A stretch of DNA of 64,000 nucleotides, taken from contig OZ037769.1 in assembly GCA_964035545.1 (NCBI GenBank), positions 8,723,929-8,787,928 of the forward strand, read 5' to 3'. The stretch's first letter is position 1. Every line of letters begins with the position of its first letter. The notes below the pieces were generated by a model, which ran no database searches, was not told the DNA's origin, and saw only the letters and a program-made list of their open reading frames with translations. Origin of the DNA: Bugula neritina. Lineage: Eukaryota > Animalia > Bryozoa. The translations under genes were made by a program, and so were the position numbers. Below are positions 51,403 through 64,000 of this stretch, in pieces.

Positions 51403-54400
51403 TCAGAGCTGAGAGTTTTGGGTCATGCTAATTTGTGTATCGCTGGTTCCATTTACTTTTTCTTCCCGTATGCGAAGGAACATTCTAGATAACTTTGAGA
51501 AGCTCTCCAATTCAATCACTTGTGACAGAACGACAGAAATACCTTGCAGTGTAATGAAAACACTTAAAACAATCCACAGCTGCCTTTTAGCTGGTCCAGA
51601 TCCACCAATCTCAGTAAAAAACAGCAATATCCAGTGAAATCCAAATATTATCTGAAGTTTTACTACAGTCAAAATCTTCTTTTTGCTTCGTTTCTTATCT
51701 GCAGTATGAAGATTCTGATCTGATTTGACAATTTTGTACACAGCAATAACACACAGAATTGAGTTGACTAAAATCAGTGCGTATATAAACCCTGTGAATG
51801 TCAATACTCTTATCCAGCCTCCCTCCACAAAACACAGGTATGGGGAAAAGACTGGGTAGAGGCCTGCAACTGGAAATCTGTCTAGTACATAAGTTAAGGC
51901 AATGAACACTCCTGGTGTGAGCCAAGAATACAAGGCAAATTTAATGTATGTTTTTTTTCCACTGGTGGCAGCAATTTGAACTTTAGTAATTCCACGTATC
52001 ATCCAAATAGCCAGAGAGTTTGTCCATGTGTGCGTACACATTAGAAAATACTGGGCAAGCGACCCAACCACCTGACAAGCAACTCTTGAGTTTCGTACTT
52101 CCTTAATAATACTGTAGAAGAGCAAAGCTCCCACGAGGGTGGCTATTGCACTTACAATGAGATTTCCTGTTAAAGTCCATCGTCTTCTGACCAAATAGTA
52201 AATTATGTAGATAATGGAAACAGTAATTGATAATGCTGACAGTATATAGTCTTGTAGCTGCAAATCAAAACCAGGTAGCTCATATTCAGCACACACTTTG
52301 ACGACCTCCCCTTTCAAATAATATTCAGCGTATTTTGACACACCATCAGTTCTGTCAACTTGAATACAGTCATCATTACAGAATTTGAACTTAGAAGTTG
52401 TATTGATAGTTTTAAATTTTGAACAGTAACTTAATGTGCTATGCATTATCGTTGAAAATAATGTATCAAATCCAATGTGCGACTTAGAGGGTTTTATATT
52501 TAATAGGTATGTTAAAGGCGTATATTTGATTTCAAAAACATTTGGCATTATATCTTTGAATTTTAATTGCTGTCTTGGAAGAGCTTTCAATCTTCCAGCT
52601 ACTGTTTGAAAAATAATGCTGTTCATTCTTTCACTTTCAGAAAGAGCAGTGCAACGTAATAATTCTGAGGTATAACAATGAACACTGGGCACTACTTCTG
52701 ATCGATTTGTTAGATAAATGTCATAGGTATATACCAATTTGCATGCTGACATGTTGTGGATGGAAGCTGGTTGCAGCTGCTTACATTTGTCACATTTTAG
52801 TTGAGCATCTCTGGGTAGTAATACTTTATAAGTAAAGCCTTTCTGACACCCAGCGGCCTCAGAAGGTGTAATCAAATGCGCAGACGTTCTGTTAGGGTTT
52901 GTTCTGCAAGCTAGATCTGTGACTTTAGTTGAAAACATACTTTTGCACGTCATTGTGCTAAGATCTATGACCTCATTACAGTCACACCGTCTGAGAGGTG
53001 CGACCATGTTCTGACAGGTGTCTTGTCCAGTCTCATAGTTTGGGTAAACCAAATATGCATCCGAGTCTCTTGTACATGTCCTCTCATTGAAGTCTATGCG
53101 GAAAATGAACATATACTTTCTCTCTCCATTTATGTACTGGTTAAATAGTTTCGTTTTATTCGCATTCGATAAGTTAAATGTTCTTTTCAAATGACATCCT
53201 TGCAAGGCTACATTATAGCAACTTGCACAGTAACTATTACGGAATTTTCTATTGGCCGAGAAGACTGTGATGTTTAGGGCCTTTTCGGTTTTGTTATTTA
53301 GAGTGGTCAGTTGAGCAGAAATCTCCAATTTATTTTGATATAAAGTATTGTTGATTACCTTGTTATAATAGCTATCTTCATAAACAAATGATGCAGGTTT
53401 TGTCTCACACAATTTGGCATTTCTATGAGCTTTTAAGTGGTCAGGGCAAGAGGCAATATACTGTTTGCTATCTAAGCGACACTTTCTGTAGTCATCTTGA
53501 TCTTTGGGTGGAACAAACCTTTTGATTTTGCACAATCCTGTCCTGAATTATAAAAAAATATAACAAAAATAAAACATTGATTTGCCATGTATATTTAGGT
53601 CTAAAATCAAAGTTGCTTCCAAAGTAATCCATCCATGTATAATATTTATATATAAAACAACAATGCAGTTTTTGAAAACGCAATGATTAATAGCAATTAA
53701 AGTATATATACACCCCTCACCCTTTGTTTTGAGTCAATTAGAAGGTTTTTAAGTAGCATGTTTGGAGACTTCCCAGGCAGTCTCTTGAGACATTTAAAAG
53801 ATACTCTGCTAAGTAACATATTTTTATTGATTCTTTGGTAGTGATAATAATTGGCTCTTTTAGTTTATTCATAACTACTAGTTAATTAAACCAGCAGTTC
53901 TTCTAATAAGTGTACATCTAGTTGTTGTTGCTGAATGACTGTTTCTCGACGTATTGCGGTTACCATGTATCACCCGCAATGCTCTGGCATACTATGACTA
54001 GAAATATTTTTATTTACTATTTATAGAACTTGAAGTGTGGATGATTGTGTATCCCTACCTAATTTCACTATTTATATTACACAGCAATACTTCATATATT
54101 ATATATAAGTTATGCTTAATGTAGGATATCAGTTTTGTTTTGTATAGGCTGTTTTATACTAATCACGTATATCATAATATGCACCTCATAAGCAGATTGA
54201 TATCTGGGTCCAATCGCAGGCGATATATTGTTTCTCTGAACTTCTCTGTAGTTGGATCAACTCCCATAGGCTGAGGATACGTGTCATTTCCCACTTCAAC
54301 ACACCCAATTTCTAGCCTTCAGAACACAAAATCTTTTACTCCATGACAAGCCGCACAGTATTGGTTCTTGTAGCTGTTGAAATAATTAAGTTTTCAAAAT

Positions 54401-57400
54401 ATTCTGTAGAATAAGATTTTAATTATCACAACTTTATTTTATGAACTATTAGCAATGACTATACCCTTACCGCAAGCCTGTTTTCATATCTGTAACTGGG
54501 ATGTTCCAGATACTCCAAACATCATTCTCAAAGTTAAAGACTTTTGGCACCAGGCAATGCACACACAGTTGATCCAAGCAACATTTTGGACATCGGTCAA
54601 TTTCCATAACGCCCATTTTATAGCCGTTAACAATATTCAAACCTCCAATTACTTCATGGACGCAAGAGAACGTACCATGTCCTAATGCAGACTCACTGGT
54701 AGCCTGGTAGTCAGAATCTTCACAGCAGTCATTAAAGTAAACACAAAACTTATCACAATAACAATTCAACTCATCCTCCCTCATTAGTCCCTGCTTGACA
54801 GCTTCGCATCTGCTAAGATATTGACACATTATATCAGAGTGCCATGTTAGATTGTTCAACTGAGTATTTGGAAGAATGGTAAACTTATTTACTTCAGTGC
54901 AGGACAGTGTCTCTGGATCCAACAAATATCCTTCACCACAACCTGGCTCTGTGCAACTCAATGAAGAATTCGCATTGCTTACTATAAACTGGTCACAGAC
55001 CTTAGCATGAGGACTATGGCAGCTAAAAGAGCCCAAGTTCCAGATAGAAACTAAACTATCTGTTGAGTTTTCTGTAATGTTTACTCTACTTTTGGAACAA
55101 AAATTGTAATACAAATAAGAATTATATGGAAAGTAGGAACAGGTTATCTCCACTCTGCTGCTGAAAGCATTTAATTTGATTGTGGTGTTAAAAGAGTGCA
55201 GCTCGGGCCTGGCTATCATTAATAGCACAACTTCTTTCATATTGTCGCCTTGTTGACTTAGTCTATTGTTCTTCCATCTAATATTCAGTTCATTTAGCTC
55301 TGACAGCTTGGTGCTCAACTTTGCTGGCTGGGTAGTTGTCAAATCTTGGTCATGACATATTGCACAAAACTGATTTCTAAAGGTTATATTAGTGTGAATG
55401 CCAGTTAGATAGTTTGCTGGTCCTTCAGCACACAACCTCGAAATTTCATTGCTTGAGTCTTTGGGACAGGTTCTTATTGCATTGAAGCATAAATGTGGAG
55501 TGATCGGTGGATGAAAAATAGTATCGCATGTTCTACAATGGCAAAAATTGCATACAAAGTTTCGTTTTATATATAAGTAATTCACTTTTGATTGGGATTC
55601 ACCTTCACTAAAAGGCATCCAGACTTCACAGCTAAAATTTCTTTTTCTGTAAAATGCATTCTACGCCAAAAGTTTAGATGGCTACACTAACTTATCCCCT
55701 ATACCTATTACCTACATCGCTTCTCATGTGACCCATGAAAGCTGAAATTTAACCTAAAAGAAAAAAACTGCTAATAATAAAAACTGAGGAAATTATATAT
55801 TTTTAGCTACCCCTTTATTATTAATAGCAGACATATTAGTCAGATAGCTTTCAAAAAAAATTATATCGATTACCTGGCATTTTTTTCAAATTATAAACCT
55901 GGAATTTTTCGAATATGTTGAATATATTATTTTGGAAGTCCTAACTTGCACTAATCTATCAAACGTGAAGGCCATAACTCGATATTTTTAAATTAAGTAA
56001 ACATTCTTAACTGTTAGAGTTCAGTCATACCTTCTCATGATACATTTCAGATCCCTATAGACTAAACATTTTTATTCCAAGCCAATAGTTTATAACCAGT
56101 AAAATAACTAGCATATAATGTAGAACAACAGTTTTAGTGTTTTTAATTAATATACTTTTCACTACTATTGACAACGCATATAAATATACAGTTCTTGATT
56201 TTTTTATATTAACTTTCATTGTAGAAGCAGTTGGCATTTTAGAAAAGGAGGACTAGGCAGCTTAGTGATTAAAGTGGTTCTAAGCCAACAATTTAACCTG
56301 TAGACAAACTAATTACCAATATATGCAGGCACAAAACCTATTTAGTAATATTGCTAGGAAAGCCCACACATATGTAGCTGATAAAATTGGTTTACGCATG
56401 CTGTATTTTATGATAATACTATAAAGTATAACTAATCTAATATATTAGCAGTCTAATACTGGCAGTCAATGCAAATAACAACCATGGCTCTGATACTTAT
56501 TTTTGCCTTATTTTTTGTTTGAATTTTTTAAGCCCAAATATGCAAAAGTTCATAATATTTTGTAATTCTTTCTCAACTACAATTTTGTAATAAGTTTAAA
56601 ATTGAAATAGGTGTCAAAGTATTAGGTACTGGAGAACCAATCTAACAAAAGAAATAATTGCTCTCTACTACATACTCTAAAGTCTGAACCAAAAATAAGA
56701 ATACCACATGTAGTGCAACATAGGAGGCAGTGTAGTGTAGTGGTTAGTGGTTAGAGTGCTGGTCTAGTAAACAAGAGGTCAGTGTTTTGAGTCCAAACAT
56801 GGGCAGTGATGTTAAGAAGAGCATTCAGTTATAATTGCCACAAATGAATAACTAATCCTTATAGTCCTTTAGCCTGCTTTAAAAAAAACCCTTTCCACCA
56901 GAGGCTCTCACTGAGATTGCAACTATTAACTCATTTGAGTGAGATTTAGTTCAACAAAAATAGCATGTTTGCAAATAAGAGTATAAATCAAACTAGTATG
57001 TTTTTGAAATTTTACTGAATCGATTTGGTTGGACAGGTTTGAGAAACTGCCAAGGAAAAGAATTCGATTGACAAAATGATGCAGTTAAATACAGCAGCAA
57101 ACATTTTGCTGTGTTTGAGAACATCCCTAGCATTTGTTGATCATGTAAGTACATACTATATAGATGGTACCTTTCACTCCAAGTTTGGTCTATAAGTGTA
57201 TATTAACTGAATTTCAAGCTGTTTCTAGAAGGCCTTTAGACTGTCAATAGACTTATAAACTGAATAATATACAAGAGAATGAGAACGTATAGTAAATAGT
57301 AACAGTTTAAAAAATGTTGCAGTGGTAAAAAGCCTAATTGAAGGAGCTATTAGGAAATGCTTTTTCAGGACTGCATGCTACTGAGATATTACAAAAAACT

Positions 57401-60400
57401 AAGTCTAATTAACATCTATTTTCCCAATTGGAAGCATCTAGGCTTTGTCAACATGTAATGTAAGTCATATAATACCAGAAACTTTTTACAATACTTGTCA
57501 CTACTCTAATACTACACATTACACCCCAACGTTCTGTGACAGTTGTAAAACTATTGCTTTTGACCTAATATTAACAAACAGCCTTTATATTATTTCAATA
57601 TACTATTTGTGAAAAAATGTTTGCTGTACACATCTCCACCTACTTATATAACAATGAAACATTATGGGCACCTTTTATACATAGCACTTACTGTGAAATC
57701 AATTCGATAAGTTCTTCTCTGGTAGGTTGATTCTCAGTGTACTCCTTGAGGTACTTTTCAGCACACTTAATGGTTGCTGGGAGCCATTCAACCCTGTTTA
57801 GGGTTTCGCTGTAGTTAAGCTGCATGCCTCGTTTAGTCTCCAAGTACAATGGTTGATCAGCCAGGTTGATCTTCTGATAAGGATCCACTCCATTGCACAT
57901 GGCACAGTATATATTCTTGTATAACAGATGGCTAACAACTCCTCTAACAGGCCAATGTCTTATAGAAATATCTAAAATACGCCAGGTCTCCACCCATATA
58001 AACTGTCAGCACCTCATAAAAATGCTTAAAACAAGTAATATTATTTGTTGTAGAAAAGCTGAAAAAAACATATAAAATGAGTGCAGTGGCATCAAAAAAA
58101 AAAATAGTTTGAGTTTAAAAAAGTCAAGCTTACAATAATTGATAATGTTAATCTGCTTATATCTTAGTATAAAAACTTTGAAAATTTGAAACAAGAATGA
58201 TTACAGTACACTTTTCATATATTAAATGATACCTAATAGTTTGCCATACCGATTATATATTTTGTATAGTAGTGGTAGTACTGGTGGCAATAGTGTTGGT
58301 AGTAGTAGCAGCAGCATCAGTAGTAGTAGTAAAATTTAGATGACTTTTAGTAGGAACATCAATAGAATAATATAGATCAACAGTGTGAATATATATGGCT
58401 CAACGGAATTAATAAATTAATCATAGGCCTATTCATTTTTAAAAAGTTCTATAGGATATGTATATTACATACTTATATTAAAATATTGCCTAAGTCATAG
58501 ACTATATTATAATATAATATTTCTTTTTCACTGTTGTGTGGGTATTGTATTTATAAGTCTCAATACAGCATTGTAAATAAGAAATGATTAATTAATCAAA
58601 TGAATCAACTGTAGAAATTAAACCGTCGAAAATTAATATTTCAGATCTAACATAAATATTGGCTTTATTCTTTAGTAATCAGTTTAAAATAGTTTTTTCA
58701 AGATTTTAAAGCTCAGCATGAGTAATTAAAACTGATGTACTAGCAATAATATACACTTTATCATATATAAACATATAAACAAATATGCATATACTGAGCT
58801 GCTACTTACAAGAAAGGAAGTAACAATTCTTACTTAAAATATTTAAGTATTATTAGAATTACTTTTGCATAATGCACTAACGTGCAAATTCCATCAGTTT
58901 GTAATTTAAAAAGTATCCATACCCAGCAAAGCAAAATTAGTAGCGAAGCTGTCAAAAAAAAATTGCCAAAGGCACAACTGTAGTCATTGTAGAGTTACTC
59001 ACAGTAGAGATATTAACAGTAGAGTTAGTCCCAGTAAATGTAGTTACAGTTAGAGATAGTTTATCGCAGTACAATTGAGAATTTGCAAAGCAGGAAGGAT
59101 ATGATTTTAACATGCCAGTTCTTGGTTAAAAATCATTTGCTGAAAATAACCTCATTGTTTTTCAGCACTTGCAAATTTTTAAATAGTTGATTCATTTTTC
59201 TTTCATAGGTTTACCAGCCATGCATACCTGCTGAGAGTTAGCCAGCAGCCATGTTTGTTTTTAGCCCATGCACTGTCTAATGAGCAAAGGTAGGAATTTA
59301 ATATAATATTCTGTATACATGGACATATTATGTATTTGTTGAAAGTGAGTAGCTATATACAATATTCAATTTTCGTCCACCATTTTACATAACAGATAGG
59401 ATATTTAAGATGTTGAAATTAAAGCAGTAGTAGCAGTGGCAGCACTGGCAGCATCAGTAAAGTAAAGATAGTCAACCTTGTGAATTGCTGAATGTGACTA
59501 TGTGACTAAGTGACTAGGTGACTATGTGACTATGTGACTAGGTGACTATGTGTCTATGTGACTAGGTGACTATGTGACTATGTGGCTAGGTGACTATGTG
59601 TCTATGTGACTATGTGGCTAGGTGACTATGTGACTAGGTGACTATGTGACTATGTGACTAGGTGACTATGTGACTATGCGGCCAGGTGACTATGTGACTA
59701 AGTGACTATGTGACTATGTGACTATGTGACTATGTGTCTATGTGGCTATGTGACTATGTGACTATGTGACTATGTGACTATGTGACTATGTGACTATGTG
59801 ACTATGTGACTAGGTGACTATGTGACTATGTGACTATGTGGCTAGGTGACTATGTGACTAGGTGACTATGTGACTATGTGACTAGGTGACTATGTGACTA
59901 TGCGGCCAGGTGACTATGTGACTAAGTGACTATGTGACTATGTGACTATGTGACTATGTGGCTATGTGGCTAGGTGACTATGTGACTAGGTGACTATGTG
60001 ACTATGTGACTAGGTGACTATGTGACTATGTGACTAGGTGACTATGTGTCTATGTGACTAAGTGACTATGTGGCTAGGTGACTATGTGACTAGGTGACTA
60101 TGTGACTATGTGGCTATGTGACTATGTGGCTAGGTGACTAGGTGACTATGTGACTAGGTGACTATGTGACTAAGTGACTAGGTGACTATGTGACTAGGTG
60201 ACTATGTGACTATGTGACTATGTGGCTATGTGACTATGTGGCTATGTGACTAGGTGGCTAGGTGTAAAGTTTTTGCAAACAAAGCAGAAAATAATAAAAT
60301 CAAATAATTTAATAGAATAAACTTTATATTTTGTGAAAATAAATAGCTAATGCTTGTAAAGATGCAATTCAAACTAAAGCTGATTTATTAAGGATAATGA

Positions 60401-62056
60401 AATAGAATTTTTGCTAATGCAAAATAAAATTTCCTCACTCCAATTTTTCAGTTGTATATAGTTAAAAAAGCACAGTAACCTGTCCAAGCTCTTGTCATAG
60501 TTGTTTTGCTAGTGGTAGGGTGTATTTCTCTTAAGGATAAATGCTTCTCAACGTTACATGTTTATTTATTTTTCCTTTTCTCTTTAGTCAGATTCACTTT
60601 TGAAGATATAAGAAAAGTCATGCTTGATGCTATCACCACTTTGCACGTTTACACTTTCTATGCTGCAAAATTTTGCCTTCCGAACACAAATATAACAAGC
60701 AACTCAAAATTAAGTACATTAAATCATATTACCATGTGATCAGTATCATCATAGGTCATTCAAGTTAGTATATTCAGTAGAGATTTCTTCAACAAATGCA
60801 AAACTTCTCTAGGTAATATTATAATAAGGGTTTTCAAAGTGCTAGCTGTAATAACAACCAGGTGCTACTGATCGAAGACATCTTGCACTTTTTATACAAT
60901 ACCAACTGGTTTTCTTGTAAATATGTTTTCAAATGAAAATAAATTGAAATCTGATGAAACTATTGCCAAAAGCAAACAAACCAATTGGATATTGATTTTC
61001 TGCAGGTAATTTTAGTCCTATTAATCCTTATCCATTAAATTGAAAATTATAAAAATGATAACAGGAAGTAAGATTGTATCTTCCACCCATCTTACTTTAA
61101 TCATCACTTGCTTCTTTAGAAACAAATTAGAATGAAAAATTACCTTTGAAAAAATACTGTTATTTGTTTAATTATTTGCTGTAGATCATACAGTTTCGAA
61201 CAAAGTATTTAAACTGTAAAAAACTTTATGCAGCAAGGTGGCACAACTCTCTATAGCTTTGAGTTTTTAAGAACAACAAATAGATAGGCACTTTTGTTTT
61301 GTAGCGACTGTTCTTGAGTGCTAGACTCAAAGGAAAGATGTACTATTTTATGCAATATACATTGTGTAAGTCATATTCAAAGAAAATCCCCTGTAAAAAT
61401 GAAATGTTTCGCAATGTTTGCCCTCAAGATCTTACATGGCTATGGCAAAACTATGAGCAAAGTAGTACCGATCCAAGCTTTATATTTTGAAAATAAAAAC
61501 ACTAGGAAAAAACTTGAACAAAAACCGTTGCTCAAACTGCAACACACTGAAAGAGTTGAAAGTCCATACCTATGGTGACAGCACTGAAAAGGGAACAGCT
61601 TATGCCTTTTAGAGTAGCTATAACTAGCAGGACCAAAAAATAAAATAGTAACTAGTAATTATAACACTTAATCACTATAAACAAACCTGTCAGCTGTCCA
61701 TCATCTTGCTCACAGAGTTCTTCTAGTTTCTTATCTGTAGTGGTGACTGGACACTTGTCTATAACATAGTATCCATTGTGGCAGGAGAACGTACCAGCTG
61801 GTAGCTGCTCTTCCACCCTCACTGGAGTCATGGCGCTGTAGTACTTACAAAATGTTTCTCCCAGACTATCATAGGCAATGCAAGAGCTATTCACCAATAC
61901 TAAGTTTGTAATGTTTACTTTAGATAAAAGTCCATATGGAAGTTGCGAAGGAACATCGATATATCCCGTATAAAAATTGGGTTGTACTTTTGGTTTGTAC
62001 CCAAAAGTAGTCAACAAAAATAACATGAAGACATTGAATACTAAACTCAATGCCAT
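51403..62056 (-). CDS. Large Cys-rich class-B-like 7TM receptor (adhesion/Methuselah-like, somatomedin-B motif), about 1379 aa, with one in-frame TGA (possible null allele)
   Basis: Exons 62056-61687, 57971-57692, 55631-54471, 54373-54185 and 53542-51403 total 4140 nt in frame. Signal peptide; SMB-like CYCDKFCVYFNDCCED; four [YF][KR]NxxCAxC repeats; seven hydrophobic helices with CQVVGSLAQYF..W, YSWLTP and LQG motifs. TGA at 54321-54319. Confidence 0.85.
56723..56840 (+). mobile_element. tRNA-derived SINE (copy 2, more degraded)
   Basis: GGAGGCAGTGTAGTGTAGTGGTTAG head, decayed B-box, and body GTGATG...AAGAGCATTCAGTTATAATTGC similar to 15947-16090. Confidence 0.65.
59492..60264. repeat. 8-bp minisatellite GTGACTA(T/G), roughly 95 units, in receptor intron 1
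   Basis: Direct reading; variants GTGGCTAT, GTGTCTAT and GTGACTAA; the block containing GCGGCCAG recurs near 59678 and 59902. Confidence 0.96.
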
Positions 62057-64000
62057 GTTGCGAATCTACTGCTTTGTGCTTTGCCAAGCAGTTAAAGCCT
62101 GTATGAAACAGCAGTGTGGTGGAAATATGTATTTATATGTAGGTAAATAAAAAGGAGTATTATATGAAATACAACAGACATGAGTCATCACAAATGTGTA
62201 TGATGCTCCCGTTTGATGTTTGGTTATCACTCTATATAGTTAAAGCCAATCAACATAATGGGCATTAGAAATTGTCATACTAAGCAACTTTGGTCAAATG
62301 TTCAATATGCATGATTGTTATTAAAACTGGTTAGCAGATAGTATTATAGTTTAGATTATAATATATGTATATACTACTCCAAAATTAAATATTAGCTGAT
62401 ACTCTAATCCACAAAAATTCACATCTACTTCCTAGCTCTATCTATTTAACAATACTTAAAAATTAAATTTCAACTTTAAGGAATGATTACATGTCTCAAA
62501 TTATGCAGCAGAAAGAAAGAAGGTAAAGTCAGTTAGTGAAGTCTAGGTTGTATTAAATAATTGTAGCATGACAATTTCCTTGCCTCTAATTCCAACATTT
62601 TCACCTCAAATATCATGCAAGCCGATACATAGAAGCTATTGAATTTTTTTACCAGTCACATAAGCCAACTCTCGACACATTCCGTCTCCTAATTCACCAA
62701 TTTGACAAACTGCTATCCTGACACATTTGAATATAACTTCTACAACACTTAGCAATTATGGTACTCTGGCTATATTACTTAACTTTCTAACTCTTCCTGC
62801 ATACTACAATAAAGTTTTGTAATGTATTGCAGTATTATATATGATGTTCTATCATAGTATTTTAAGATGTATTATAGTATAATATTGCAAATTTATATTG
62901 CTATACTGGACATTGTAATGAAATGTGATGAATTATAACAAATTGATAATCTTCTAGGCTTATATAATGTATATAAAACAGCACCATGATCATAATATTA
63001 TAAAGTATAACAGATGGGTCTATAAGTTTATAGTATACAAAATTGGCAGCATCAACCTAAATATTTTCAACAATTTGCAATATAGTAATGGTGACTGGAG
63101 AGAAATATCTCAATATTTCAAATAACCATCTTGAATAGAATATTAGAATAACTTTTGGAGATTATTAGCTTTTAATCATGTAGGTGTTTTACATTAAGCC
63201 TGGGTGAATATGAAGATGTATCACAGGAGACCAGACCATAATTGAATATTTATGTATATGCTAAAATAAAATATAATATAACAATCGATAATATTAGTAT
63301 AATGATAGACAATTACAGTATATTCTATACCTGCATCCATGAGATAAAATATGATGTAACATTATATACAGCTATATAGCCTGCTGCAAGAAATAATTTA
63401 GTAAAAGCCAAGAATTTACATTACTTAGTTTTTAAGTTTCACAGAAGCAGCTGAGCATGAATAGATTGTTATTGGCTGAGCAAAGGAGTTGGAAAATTCG
63501 AGCTGTCTGGTGAATGTCGGCTTCTTAAAGAGCAGAGTTTATTCGCGCCTCTTTGACGGCATGACTACAGTAGTTTTCAGTTTTCACTTATAAACAAATT
63601 TATTTTAATAAGTTTTAGTTGCATTCTATTATAACTAAAAATAATATTTAATGCTTGTAGCTGGCAATATAACTATAGTTTATGTATTAAGTTTGATGAA
63701 AACAAAATGGAGACTAGCTTGAGCATCTTTTCGCAATTTTTGAGCAAATTATATACAACACTCAAGAAGTTAGTAAGCTAATAATATATTGATTCATTAA
63801 CTAAACTCTTTTCATGCCTATAGTACCGCAGTTCCCGACAGCAGAAATGTTTTACTGTCTAGTCAATAAACACCAATTAAAAATGTCAGCCAGAATTGAG
63901 AGGAGGCAATTCCCATTATTCAGTATTTATTCCTAATATAATTATATATTTTAGTGACTCTCTCAAATTAAAACTGTTGTGTGTCAAGTTACTTGAAGTT

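Noticed and set aside
54319-54321. Selenocysteine reading of the receptor TGA
   Set aside because: The position looks like Trp rather than Cys and no SECIS was recognised by eye; kept only as a check.

Overview
Intron-rich, AT-rich animal genomic DNA from a compact invertebrate genome, possibly a lophotrochozoan (inference only). Hand-splicing supports seven host genes: lin-54 (+), a small Maf bZIP (-), TAF3 (+), COX6A (+, not evident from the ORF track), Mohawk/Mkx (-), an SLC3A2/SLC3A1-type heavy chain (+), and a ~1379-aa Cys-rich 7TM receptor (-) with one in-frame TGA. Highlights: (1) a 4.57-kb Kolobok-type DNA element with TTAA target duplication, AG...CT ends and ~150-bp TIRs, inside the Mkx homeobox intron. 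It has no recognisable DDE core but keeps a THAP exon pair and an intact 208-aa gene resembling the P2X7 ballast (KolX-like) domain. (2) Degenerate 3/6-bp-periodic DNA tracts recur at gene 5' ends and first introns, including those of the transposon genes. (3) Mkx has Cys at homeodomain position 50. (4) The receptor stop codon lies in a frame-symmetric exon. Also present: two CR1/L2-like LINE relics, mariner and R4-like relics, tRNA-derived SINEs, several MITEs and minisatellites. All gene models are manual and were not checked against databases or RNA data.
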